In this document: in pieces, positions 18,763 to 27,743 of the stretch
Numbering within the stretch: the first letter of the stretch is position 1
Layout of the letters: each line of letters opens with the position of its first letter
Source of the DNA: Methanoregulaceae archaeon PtaB.Bin056
Lineage (GTDB): Archaea > Halobacteriota > Methanomicrobia > Methanomicrobiales > Methanospirillaceae
Reading direction: 5' to 3'
Length of the DNA stretch: 64,000 bases
NCBI GenBank assembly: GCA_002067095.1
Contig: MVQD01000038.1
Location: 25,959-89,958 of the forward strand
The notes under the pieces: generated by a model
What the model saw: the letters and a program-made list of their open reading frames with translations, nothing else
The model's database searches: none
Told to the model about the DNA's origin: nothing
Position numbers and translations under genes: made by a program

Positions 18763-19203
18763 TCAATCGTATTGGGCCTTCTCGATCGCACGCTTCAGGT
18801 CTTCCGGCTGATCAGTCCCGATCCGAAACTTCTTCCCCGACACCAGCGTCACCTCCACAGCCTTGAAACCTGCAACATTGTAAAGCGGTCCATGTGGAGT
18901 CCAGCGGATACCCCAGCCATAGTACCACGGGTTGGTGACCGTCGCCACTGAGGCAATATCAGATATCGGCCAGCTCTTCTTGACCAGCGGTAGGGGTCCA
19001 AACCAGATCCGCAGTGCATCCTGTCGCACCGACACCGTCAGCGTGGAGAAGCAGGCGAGCATCAATAGCATGATGCCGCCTACAATTACCGTAATCCATA
19101 CAGGGCCGAAGACGACCATGGATACGGCTATGACCATGAGCACCGCCATGACTGCTGCGATGATGAGGGTTCCCCGCTGGGTGTGCTTGTACTCCTCTTC
19201 CAT
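18763..19203 (-). CDS. membrane protein with C-terminal bacterial-PH-like domain
   Basis: The start is taken at MEEEYKHTQRG (ATG at 19203). Two TM helices are followed by a soluble domain. The track's longer N-terminus (to 19461) overlaps the upstream gene and looks non-coding. Confidence 0.5.
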   Translation of the reverse strand: MEEEYKHTQRGTLIIAAVMAVLMVIAVSMVVFGPVWITVIVGGIMLLMLACFSTLTVSVRQDALRIWFGPLPLVKKSWPISDIASVATVTNPWYYGWGIRWTPHGPLYNVAGFKAVEVTLVSGKKFRIGTDQPEDLKRAIEKAQYD

Positions 19204-19258
19204 GTGTTTTCCTGAAGGGTCAAATCCTGCAGGTTCCTGGTTATCCAGGTTCACTTCA

Positions 19259-20458
19259 TCAACCCCTTGTAAGCATGATGGCGCCTTCGGGACAGATGTA
19301 TGAGCACAAAGAGCAGCCGTCGCACCGGCTATAGTCAAATTCGGGCTTTCCGCCAAGGAGGGCGATTGCATGGTAGCCCCCGTCCCTGCACGCGATGGTG
19401 CAGCGACCGCAGGACGTGCAGGCATCAGGCGAAGAGAGGACTGGCCGGACCCTGGTTGCACGGCTGAGTGACTGGTGGGTCTTCAGTTTTCCAAGCGCAA
19501 GGCCCCTGAGCTGGTCGGGGGAGGAGAATCCTTTTCCGGCTAGGTATGAAAAAAGACCAGACTGCATCTCCCTGATGATCCCGATACCGTGCCACATGAC
19601 CGCAGTGCAGACCTGGACCGCGGAGGCGCCAGCCAGCATATATTCTGCGGCGTCGCGCCACCCGGATATCCCGCCGATACCTATCACCGGCAGGTCTACG
19701 GCGGATGCGACCTGCGAGACGACCCGCAATCCTATTGGTTTGACCGCAGGGCCCGAGTACCCGCCATACGTCGAGTACCCGGCAACAGAGGGGAGGGGTT
19801 CGAAGGAGTCGAGGTCGATCCCCGGGAGGCACTGGACCGTGTTGATCGCAGAGATCATGTCGGCTCCGCCGGCAGAAGCAGCCCGTGCGATCGGGATGAT
19901 ATCGGTCACGTTCGGTGTCAGCTTCACGATCACCGGGATGTCGGCTGCATCCCTGACCGCACGGGTCAGATCCCTGACCATTGAAGGGTTCTGCCCGATT
20001 GCTGCACCCACCCCCTGTTCAGGCATGCCGTGCGGGCAGGAGACGTTCATCTCGATCGCATCTGCCCCGGCCATTTCGACTATTCCGGCAAGGGCCTTCC
20101 ACTCTTCCTTGTCAGGACTACCCATGATGCTCGCGATCAGCAGTTTATCCGGGAATTCGCGTTTGATTCTCGGGATATGTGAAGTCCAGTATGAGACAGA
20201 CTTCTTGCTGAGCAGCTCGATATTCTCGAATCCCTGGATATCGCCGCTGATCCCCTTTATTGCGTGAAAACGGGGTGAGACATCCTCGATGACCATCCCG
20301 TCCGGGCGGATTGTCTTGATCACGGCCCCGGCCCAGCCGACTGAAAACGCCCTCCGTATATGTTCATACGAAGCAGTAGGTGGAGCAGACGAGAGCAGGA
20401 ACGGGTTTTCAAGGTGAAACGGCCCGAGCGTGGTGGCAAGTGGATGATCTGCAGTCAT
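19259..20458 (-). CDS. dihydroorotate/dihydropyrimidine dehydrogenase-like flavoenzyme fused to a 2x[4Fe-4S] ferredoxin domain (PreA-type architecture)
   Basis: DHOD-family blocks are present (LENPFLLSSAPP, NVSCPH, GGISGWRDAAEYMLAGASAVQVCTA). The C-terminus has CTSCGRCTIACRDGG and CDGCSLCSYICPEGA. Start options are 20458 (MTADHPL), 20476 and 20542. Confidence 0.75.
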   Translation of the reverse strand: MTADHPLATTLGPFHLENPFLLSSAPPTASYEHIRRAFSVGWAGAVIKTIRPDGMVIEDVSPRFHAIKGISGDIQGFENIELLSKKSVSYWTSHIPRIKREFPDKLLIASIMGSPDKEEWKALAGIVEMAGADAIEMNVSCPHGMPEQGVGAAIGQNPSMVRDLTRAVRDAADIPVIVKLTPNVTDIIPIARAASAGGADMISAINTVQCLPGIDLDSFEPLPSVAGYSTYGGYSGPAVKPIGLRVVSQVASAVDLPVIGIGGISGWRDAAEYMLAGASAVQVCTAVMWHGIGIIREMQSGLFSYLAGKGFSSPDQLRGLALGKLKTHQSLSRATRVRPVLSSPDACTSCGRCTIACRDGGYHAIALLGGKPEFDYSRCDGCSLCSYICPEGAIMLTRG

Positions 20459-20623
20459 TTCTTTATCACATACCATGGGAAATGAGCGCTGTGTGTTGTG
20501 GTGATCGTTTCTCATGCATGAATATTGGGACCATGTGTTCACCCCTTTTATCGGTCTTCAGAAAGAATCCCGGTTCCCGATGACCTTTCCGCGTTTCACA
20601 TTCTCAAAAGATGCATTTTCGCA

Positions 20624-21208
20624 TCAGTGGGTGTTCCTTTTCCTTGCCCATTCCCTGCCGTATACGTATCCGTTTCTTGCAGCCGGCTCAAGGACCAGCC
20701 AGAACAGGACAAGACCCGCCGTGAGTGCCCACGCGATGTTGTTCCCGAAGTAGCTGATAAACTTGCTCGCGAATGGGCGAGAAAAGAAGGCCGTCCCGCA
20801 ACCGGCCAGGAGGAGCATGCAGGAAAAAATGACAACGAAGGATACCAGCAGGTAAAATCCTGTACTCACCCTGTTCACCTTTATCTCCTGACCTCTCATC
20901 AGCCTGTGCCAGAGCAGGTATGAGAGATACGGGGCGATAAAATTCGTGATAAACCCAAAAATGCTCATCGGGGACCAGGAACCGTAGAGATCGCCGGCAA
21001 TATTTCCTATGGCAAGACCCCATGCGGAGGCAGGGCCAAAGAGGATCCCAAAGAGTACCGGGAGTGCTGCCGCAGGCCGGATGGATATGCCAGCCACCGT
21101 CAAGGCGAGCTGGTTGAAGGGGATCAGGACGAGGGCATAAATAAACGCCGTCGCTCCAATCCACGCGAGCCCCTTTCGTTCGGTCCAGATCGCGACAAGC
21201 TCGTGCAT
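20624..21208 (-). CDS. queT: QueT-family (ECF S-component-like) transporter
   Basis: 194-aa polytopic ORF. IRPAAALPVLFGILFGPASAWGLAIGNIAGDLYG and IFGFITNFIAPYLSY resemble the QueT-family pattern as I recall it. Confidence 0.6.
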   Translation of the reverse strand: MHELVAIWTERKGLAWIGATAFIYALVLIPFNQLALTVAGISIRPAAALPVLFGILFGPASAWGLAIGNIAGDLYGSWSPMSIFGFITNFIAPYLSYLLWHRLMRGQEIKVNRVSTGFYLLVSFVVIFSCMLLLAGCGTAFFSRPFASKFISYFGNNIAWALTAGLVLFWLVLEPAARNGYVYGREWARKRNTH

Positions 21209-21752
21209 ACCAATTCGTTGTTTCCCGTGTAAAATAAAACGGCAGGATTTGAGGTGAGGAGAAAAAACTCCGCATCATGAGAGACAGGATCAATCAGGGT
21301 GACCAATCCTGATATTTATCGCATGAACCCGGGGGCCGTGTCGAAAAGTGACTGGCATACTGCGGGAAAGAGGTGGGATGTTCAATGGCACGCACAATGA
21401 CAACGTGGGTGTCTTTCCCGCTTGCCGATTCTCCCGGAGAGATGTCTTCCTTTCAGTGTCAAATCCAATATAGTCCTGTCCGCTCTCCGATTGGGGGTTG
21501 CAGCGGCGGACAGTTGAAATGGACGAGCGGGGGATTCTTAAATGGGACGAGTATTGCACGGCAGATCTCATGCGCCGTGCGACACTTGGTGTTCATCGGG
21601 AGCCCGTTCAGAGTGTCCGCGTTAAAATCGCGAATTCACCGGACCAGTCATGTCTGGTTCCTGAGGAAAAGTGATACCTCCGCTCGTACTTAAATGGTCA
21701 AAAGCCCCTGATACATACCTGGACTCTGCCTTGCAGAGATGAACGATCGGTT

Positions 21753-22496
21753 TTACACCTCGATTCTCTGGCCATCAATTGCAGCAATGAGGCCCGGGCA
21801 CTCTCCTTCGTACATACGCTCAATTTCAAATCTCTCTTCGAGCGTGGTGTAAGTGTGCGCAGCAAAATGAACCAGGGCGAGCCGTTTCGCACGTGCTTCC
21901 CGTGCAATCCGGATGGCATCACCGGGGTTGAGGTGCGGCCATTCCGGGCTCTGTTTACCAGGTTTCAGCCCGCACTCGGTGATAAGGAGGTCCGCGTCCC
22001 GTGCAAGCAAGACGGCATTGGCGCAGAAGCCCGTATCGGTACAATATGCGATCTTCTTTTTGTCCAGCGTCAGCGCGTACCCCACGCACGGGGCAGTGTG
22101 GACAAGCGGCCGGCACTCGATCGGAAATGGGATCTCATGCATACCTTCGTCAAGCTCGATGAACCTGACTGGAAAAGGCAGCTGGTCGAATGGGACAGTG
22201 AATGGCTCCCGCACAATCGATTGGAGCTCCCGGGAGACACCTATCTGGCCGCAGATATGCAGGGGATGACTGAACCTGAATTTATTCAGGGCGTGCAGCC
22301 CCGTGATATGATCAAGGTGGCAGTGACTGATGAAAAGGAAGGTGGGTAATTCCTGGTCGAGATACTGGTCAGCCTTTGCAATGCCGTTCCCGGCATCAAG
22401 GATCACGTTGTAGTCCGCGGACTGGACCAGCACCGAGCAGGTATTCCCGGTAAGGGTGTCGTACCACCCGTTTGTCCCAAGGAATGTAACAAACAT
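21753..22496 (-). CDS. MBL-fold metallo-hydrolase (RNase Z-like)
   Basis: HCHLDHITG (HxHxDH motif). 247 aa. Confidence 0.8.
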   Translation of the reverse strand: MFVTFLGTNGWYDTLTGNTCSVLVQSADYNVILDAGNGIAKADQYLDQELPTFLFISHCHLDHITGLHALNKFRFSHPLHICGQIGVSRELQSIVREPFTVPFDQLPFPVRFIELDEGMHEIPFPIECRPLVHTAPCVGYALTLDKKKIAYCTDTGFCANAVLLARDADLLITECGLKPGKQSPEWPHLNPGDAIRIAREARAKRLALVHFAAHTYTTLEERFEIERMYEGECPGLIAAIDGQRIEV

Positions 22497-22663
22497 CCTC
22501 CAGTATGATTGGCGCGGAAGGTGAAAAACCGGACACTCTCAACTTGTAAAAAGATAATACCGGGAATGAACGGGACGGGGCGTGTGGGTGCAGGGAGCAT
22601 CGCAATACTTCCATCGGCCGGAGCGACACATATCTTCGGGGAAAATTGTAGGAATGGATGAAA

Positions 22664-23197
22664 TCAGGCCGGCCTTGCCTGGATCTCGGCAGGGAGGATT
22701 CGTTCGATAAGGAACGAGGGGACCTGGCGGGAGGTCCTGACAATCAGGAAGAAGTCTGCATTCGGACCGGATCGTCCCCGGTACGTCGCCTCTATCAGGT
22801 AGTTCGTGGAGAGGAGCGGAATCGCGAGCGCCCTGAACTCGGCCCTCCGTTCGGAGATAGTCTTTGTCTGCCCGGCGACGAACTTTTCGTTCTGGTCCCC
22901 GATCTTCATGATCAACTCGTTGCCCGAGGTGAGGACGAGGATTGGGGTTTCCGCGATCCTGATGGGCAGCCCGTCGGGAATGAGGACCGCATACGTGGTG
23001 GTGTAGGGATAGCCAGTTCCGGGATCGGGTGGCAGGTCTGCCTTGACGGAGAGAGTGAGGAATGCGGCAATGATCAGGATGACAAGGATACCAAGTATCG
23101 TCCCCACGATAAGGTAGTTCCTGTGGACCTTCTTTTGCGTCCCGGGAACAGGAGAACTCGCACTGGCCCCTTCCCCTGAAAGTGGTTGATTGGCCAT
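22664..23197 (-). CDS. single-pass membrane-anchored protein, unknown function
   Basis: 177-aa ORF with one TM helix (YLIVGTILGILVILIIAAFL) followed by a soluble domain. Confidence 0.55.
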   Translation of the reverse strand: MANQPLSGEGASASSPVPGTQKKVHRNYLIVGTILGILVILIIAAFLTLSVKADLPPDPGTGYPYTTTYAVLIPDGLPIRIAETPILVLTSGNELIMKIGDQNEKFVAGQTKTISERRAEFRALAIPLLSTNYLIEATYRGRSGPNADFFLIVRTSRQVPSFLIERILPAEIQARPA

Positions 23198-23343
23198 ATT
23201 ACTCAGCAGGTAAAATCAAGGTCGTCTCATTTATACCTTGCGAAGCAAGCACGCTTCATTGGTGGAGATTCAGGGGATGCACTGTGATTATTCCCCGGGT
23301 AATTTGAACCATTAGCGGGAAACGGCGAGATGTCGCACAGCGT

Positions 23344-25209
23344 TCAATCGACCCTGTCAAGCGTATCTGCCACATCCAAAAGACCGAGACGTTCGAGTTT
23401 TGTCCGTTCCGGGATGCCGGTCAGGAGGTTGCAGCCGTGAAGGGAGTAATACGCATCCAGGAGTGCCTCGTGCCGTGCCAGGTCTTCTTCTCCCCTGCGT
23501 GTCCCGGCAATCTCGGGGCGCTGCGGCATCCTGTCGTCTGCGCGGCTCTTCCCCTGCCGTACGTTGAATGACATCTCAAGGAGGTAGATGCGGTCGAGGG
23601 CGTCCTCCAGTTCCCTGGGAGTGTATTCGATTCCCGTTGCGGCCCGGATGAGGCGGATCGCCCCTCCCCAGAGAGGGTACTTCCTGACCAGCGGCACTGC
23701 CGAGTTCCAGCTGTTCACCGCCCCCTTGCACCTCCCCAGTGTATCAGCAAGCGTCGTGGCACGCTCTCCCACGATGAGCGCCCCTGCCGGGTCTGTGGGA
23801 ATGAATCCTTTCTGCACGAGGTCCCGGTAGAGCCCCTCCTCGTTCTCGCCGCCTGCCCATGTCCTGCCCCGGAGATGATCCGCTCCCCTCGTCGATGTTG
23901 CATGGGCAAGGCTGTAAATCCCGGAGGGATACACGCCCCGGGTTACCCCCTTGACATCGAAGCAATACCGGACCGCGTCTCTTCCGAGTCTCTCTGCAAG
24001 CCCGGCCATGCCAAGCGCAAGGAGGTCACCAAAACCCTTTCGTTCCGCGGTCATGGTGATGAGAAGTTTCTGCGACTCTGCGTCCTCCCAGTCTAGGGAG
24101 ATCCCGCCTGTATCATCGGTGGTGACGATGCCCTGCTCGTAGAGTTCCTTTGCAAACCCTACCACGCTCCCAAGCCCGATCACGTCCATGCCCTGCCGGT
24201 CGGCATAATTCGACATTTCCATGATGGCAATGGGATCCATTATCCCGCTGTTGATCCCGAGCCAGTGGATGGCCTCGTATTCGAGTCCTTCGCCTACCTC
24301 GCCCTTCCGGGGTCCCTCCGGGATACGGATGACGTTCTTGCACCGGAGCGGGCACCCGTGGCACCCGGTATGGCCGACCTCGTACTCCTTCCAGGCATCC
24401 TTTCGCAATGCCGGAGGGACATCCGCAGCAGTCCACCTCTTCTGGCTGTTCCGATAGCCCGGCCCCCAGTCTTCCACCCCGATGATAGACCCGTACCTGC
24501 TGACGATGTCGCGGAAGAACGGTTCATTCCTGAATATTTCCCGGTCAATCCTTGCCAGGTCACGGAATCCTCCGGGATCGGCAAGTTCGGGGGAGCCCGA
24601 TCCCCTGACCGCGACGGCTTTCAGGTTCTTTGAACCGGCGACCGCACCGCTCCCGATAGCCGCCGACGCATACTTGTCAATAATCGTGGAGGCAAAGCGG
24701 ACCAGGCGCTCTCCCGCCGGGCCAATGCAGGCGACGCTTGTATCTGGACTGAGATCTGACCTGAGACGGTCGGTAGTCTCCCAGGTGTCCAGCCCCCATA
24801 GCGAACGGGCATCACGGATCTCAACCCTGGAGTCATCGATCGAGAGAACGCAGGGGTGCGGGGATCGGCCCGTCACCACGAGCTGGTCATAGCCCGCACG
24901 CTTGAGCTGCCAGGCGAATTCCCCGCCGCCGCTCCCGTCTCCGAGTATCCCGCCAAGCGGCGAGAGCGTGCTGACAGAGACCCTCCCCGTCAGCGCGAGC
25001 GGGGTGCCGGTAAGCATCCCCGGGGCATAACAGAGGACATTCCCGGGGCCGAGGGGATCAGTGCCGGGAGCAAGGGACTCCCAGAGCACCCGGGAGTTGA
25101 ATCCCCGCCCGCCGAGAAATTTTTTTGCCCACGTGACATCCAGTGCACGCCGCGTGATAGTGGACGTCGAGAGATCGATCCAGAGGGTAGTCCCGGCCCA
25201 GCCGTACAT
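23344..25209 (-). CDS. aor: aldehyde:ferredoxin oxidoreductase family (tungstopterin) enzyme
   Basis: MYGWAGTTLWIDLSTSTI is the typical AOR N-terminus, and AOR-family blocks run throughout. The start at 25209 avoids overlap with the upstream hydrolase gene. The track start at 25323 is probably too long. Confidence 0.88.
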   Translation of the reverse strand: MYGWAGTTLWIDLSTSTITRRALDVTWAKKFLGGRGFNSRVLWESLAPGTDPLGPGNVLCYAPGMLTGTPLALTGRVSVSTLSPLGGILGDGSGGGEFAWQLKRAGYDQLVVTGRSPHPCVLSIDDSRVEIRDARSLWGLDTWETTDRLRSDLSPDTSVACIGPAGERLVRFASTIIDKYASAAIGSGAVAGSKNLKAVAVRGSGSPELADPGGFRDLARIDREIFRNEPFFRDIVSRYGSIIGVEDWGPGYRNSQKRWTAADVPPALRKDAWKEYEVGHTGCHGCPLRCKNVIRIPEGPRKGEVGEGLEYEAIHWLGINSGIMDPIAIMEMSNYADRQGMDVIGLGSVVGFAKELYEQGIVTTDDTGGISLDWEDAESQKLLITMTAERKGFGDLLALGMAGLAERLGRDAVRYCFDVKGVTRGVYPSGIYSLAHATSTRGADHLRGRTWAGGENEEGLYRDLVQKGFIPTDPAGALIVGERATTLADTLGRCKGAVNSWNSAVPLVRKYPLWGGAIRLIRAATGIEYTPRELEDALDRIYLLEMSFNVRQGKSRADDRMPQRPEIAGTRRGEEDLARHEALLDAYYSLHGCNLLTGIPERTKLERLGLLDVADTLDRVD

Positions 25210-25289
25210 GGGAGAAGGTCTCTCACCGGAGGGGATAAAATACTCCATCAGGTTGAAAAGGCCCCGTGCGGTTCTTGAACCGCCTTTTT

Positions 25290-26144
25290 TTAGCGTGAAA
25301 TCTTCCGGTACATGGCCAGGCACTCTGGGCAGCCGGCCCCCGGGGGGGTTTTCGGATCAGAGAGGTACTCGTGTAGCCTTTCGATCACCTCCGGGTTTTT
25401 TGGCAGGTGCAGGTGGCAATAAAGATCGGGAGATTGGGAGAGCGAGGCGGGATCGAGGGGGAAGATATCGAATCCTGCCCCCTGGAGCCAGGAGTCGGCG
25501 TGGGGCACGATCCCGTCTCCCGCATAAGTCGTCTCCCAGCCATTCCCGGTCTTAACCCAGGTCTTTCCGTGGAATGGTGAGAAGAACTCCGGGTCGGCGT
25601 TGCAGTTCCCGGTCAGGATGAACCTGTATCTGATATCGTCGCGGATACCCGCAGCATGGAGTGCAGCCATCGTATCGCTCCCGGGCCTGAACTGCCGGAC
25701 GATGATGTCGTCTGCAGGATTGAATCGTCTGGGGACGAATATCCCGCCGAGGCTCTGCAGAATACGCGGCGAGTGAACGGGATCAAAGAAGAGTTCCGCA
25801 AGGGAAGAGCCGTTGTTGGGCGGCCCGAGGCCGATGAGGAGGCGCACCTTCTCGCGCCTTGCGTCTTTGTCGAGGACTTCGAGGAGGTACCGGGCAATCC
25901 CTGTTCCCATGGAGTGGCAGACCATGTCAACCGGTCCGAAGTACCCCGTCTCGGCCCTCTGGTCCCAAATGAACTCCTGCAGGAGAGTGGCAAGCGACTC
26001 AACTCCAGCTCCTCGGATTCTTGAGTGATCGAAAGTCCAGGAGCATATTGATCTATTATCCAGCCCCTCGACGAGCCTGTCCCAGATCCCGGGATGGCTC
26101 TTCCAGCCGTGAACCAGCACGACCGGCCTGCTCTGATCTGTCAC
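25290..26144 (-). CDS. alpha/beta hydrolase (lipase/esterase-like)
   Basis: VVLVHGW oxyanion region and the CHSMGTG nucleophile elbow. Confidence 0.75.
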   Translation of the reverse strand: MTDQSRPVVLVHGWKSHPGIWDRLVEGLDNRSICSWTFDHSRIRGAGVESLATLLQEFIWDQRAETGYFGPVDMVCHSMGTGIARYLLEVLDKDARREKVRLLIGLGPPNNGSSLAELFFDPVHSPRILQSLGGIFVPRRFNPADDIIVRQFRPGSDTMAALHAAGIRDDIRYRFILTGNCNADPEFFSPFHGKTWVKTGNGWETTYAGDGIVPHADSWLQGAGFDIFPLDPASLSQSPDLYCHLHLPKNPEVIERLHEYLSDPKTPPGAGCPECLAMYRKISR

Positions 26145-26197
26145 GTACAGAATAATTCGTGGTATACCACGAAAGAGGTTGTGAACCGTGAAGGTGT

Positions 26198-26941
26198 TCA
26201 GTCGGCAGCGCCACGATTGCCTGCACGTTCCCAGTCCTTCTTCATCGCCTCGTTCTTCAACTCCTTTGGCATCAGCTCGATAGCGTAACGGAGCGCAGTC
26301 CTGGGCATGTCCCTCTTCTTTTCCATCACGAAGGAGAAGACCTCCCCCGAATGCATCCGGCTCGCCTCTTTCAGGAGCCAGCCGTAGCCTTTCTGCACCA
26401 GGTCATCCTCGTCAGTGAGCAGGAGGTCTGCAATCGCGAGCGACTCTTCAAGGAACTTTCCCCGCTTTGCCGGGATGATCAGCGAGACTGCTGCCGCCCT
26501 GCGCATCCAGCGGTTTTCTGACTGGGTCCAGCGCTTCAGTTCGTCGATGGTATCGGGATACTTCTCGAAGAACGCTCCCATCGTGTGGTTGCAGAACCCG
26601 TCACAGGAGGCCCAGTTGGAAATATACGCCCCGATCCAGCGCCTGAATACTGATAGATCCTCCCTCTCGAAGTCGTCAGAAAGGCGCTGTGTCCATTCTG
26701 ACGCAATGAACGACTCTTCCATGTAGCCCGATTTGTAAAGCTCCTCGCAGAGTGCAAGAATCTCCCCTTTCTCTCTTGATTTGATCTCCTTCCAGTATTG
26801 CTTCGCAATTGCGACCACCCTGGCAGTCTTTATCCCGTAACACCGGATCTCCTCCTTGAAGAACCGCTTGGAGTTTTTTTGGATTTCGGGGTCCGCATGT
26901 TCGGAAAGTTCCTTTCGGATACGAGCGATAAGTGGGTCCAT
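26198..26941 (-). CDS. DNA alkylation repair protein (AlkD-like HEAT-repeat)
   Basis: MDPLIARIRKELSEHADPEIQKNSKRFFKEEIRCYGIKTARV is the characteristic N-terminus of this family. The start at 26941 is preferred to 27112. Confidence 0.75.
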   Translation of the reverse strand: MDPLIARIRKELSEHADPEIQKNSKRFFKEEIRCYGIKTARVVAIAKQYWKEIKSREKGEILALCEELYKSGYMEESFIASEWTQRLSDDFEREDLSVFRRWIGAYISNWASCDGFCNHTMGAFFEKYPDTIDELKRWTQSENRWMRRAAAVSLIIPAKRGKFLEESLAIADLLLTDEDDLVQKGYGWLLKEASRMHSGEVFSFVMEKKRDMPRTALRYAIELMPKELKNEAMKKDWERAGNRGAAD

Positions 26942-27160
26942 GATGAAACGTGGGCGAGACCCTGGCATAAAGGGTGAACCCCGCGGGGAGTGAGAGTGAG
27001 AGGAGGCAGATTGATGAAACAGAAAGGGAGGAGACTGTCCAGTCATGCCTGTGTTTATAAAAGGAAATGGCAATCCCCGGCTGCCCCTCATGCGGACAAC
27101 ACCCCAAGCCAACCCTTATCATCCCGCACTGCCATCCCGGAAAATGGGAGATGCAGCCGG

Positions 27161-27553
27161 ATGTCGACAATGCGTTTCCTGCTCGAACATCCCATACGGG
27201 CCAGGAAGGTAAAAGAGGCGGCAGGTTCAAAGTGCGAACTCTGCGGAAAGATCTCGAACACAGATGAACTCGAAGTGCATACCTTCATCGACCCTGGGGA
27301 GGAACAGGAGATGCCCGCCGAGGAGCTTGAATGTTTCCTGCTGGTGCTCTGCCCGCAATGCCACGAGGACCTCCATGAACTCCCCGCAGGGTGCGAGGTG
27401 CAGCAGATGCTTGTTGGTCAAAGGGAGGATTCGATAAAAAGGAGGATTCGTGCAATCCTCGGGTATATCCCGAGTCCTTATACTCCTCCTGATTCAGACG
27501 TAGAGGCGGCTTATAAGGACGCATGCGCTTCAAAGTTCGGAAACCTCATCTGA
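27161..27553 (+). CDS. small HNH-type zinc-finger nuclease-like protein
   Basis: The CELCG ... EVH ... LCPQCHEDLH arrangement is CxxC / H / CxxCHxxxH. The ATG at 27161 (MSTMRFLLEH) is preferred to the track start at 26990. Confidence 0.5.
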   Translation: MSTMRFLLEHPIRARKVKEAAGSKCELCGKISNTDELEVHTFIDPGEEQEMPAEELECFLLVLCPQCHEDLHELPAGCEVQQMLVGQREDSIKRRIRAILGYIPSPYTPPDSDVEAAYKDACASKFGNLI

Positions 27554-27706
27554 AAGGGGTGCACGTCTCTCTCTTGGTGGGCGATGAGGCCGAAGGGCCG
27601 TGCAGCCCCCCACTCTTCTGTTATAGTGCATAATCGCGCCCGGAAGCATCTGATATTCGAATTTTGCATTACTGCATTGGGGGAAGGGGAGGGAAAACAG
27701 TCCCTT

Positions 27707-27714
27707 CTATATAA
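27707..27714 (+). promoter_or_regulatory. TATA-like box (CTATATAA) upstream of the MscS-family gene
   Basis: It is centred about 34 nt upstream of the ATG at 27744. Confidence 0.4.
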
Positions 27715-27743
27715 TTGAAGTGAACATGCAATGATAACCACGC

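Noticed and set aside
18763-19461. Full 232-aa version of the bPH-like membrane protein ORF
   Set aside because: The N-terminal 86 aa overlap the 3' end of the PreA-like gene and are Ala/Pro/Ser-rich. The internal ATG at 19203 gives a sensible TM-first protein.
19395-20267. 290-aa + ORF
   Set aside because: It is antisense to the PreA-like DHOD-family gene.
21209-21260. preQ1 riboswitch upstream of queT
   Set aside because: There is only a 4-bp hairpin plus an A-rich tail, and I could not match the conserved loop/pseudoknot nucleotides by eye. It is kept as a search suggestion, not a call.
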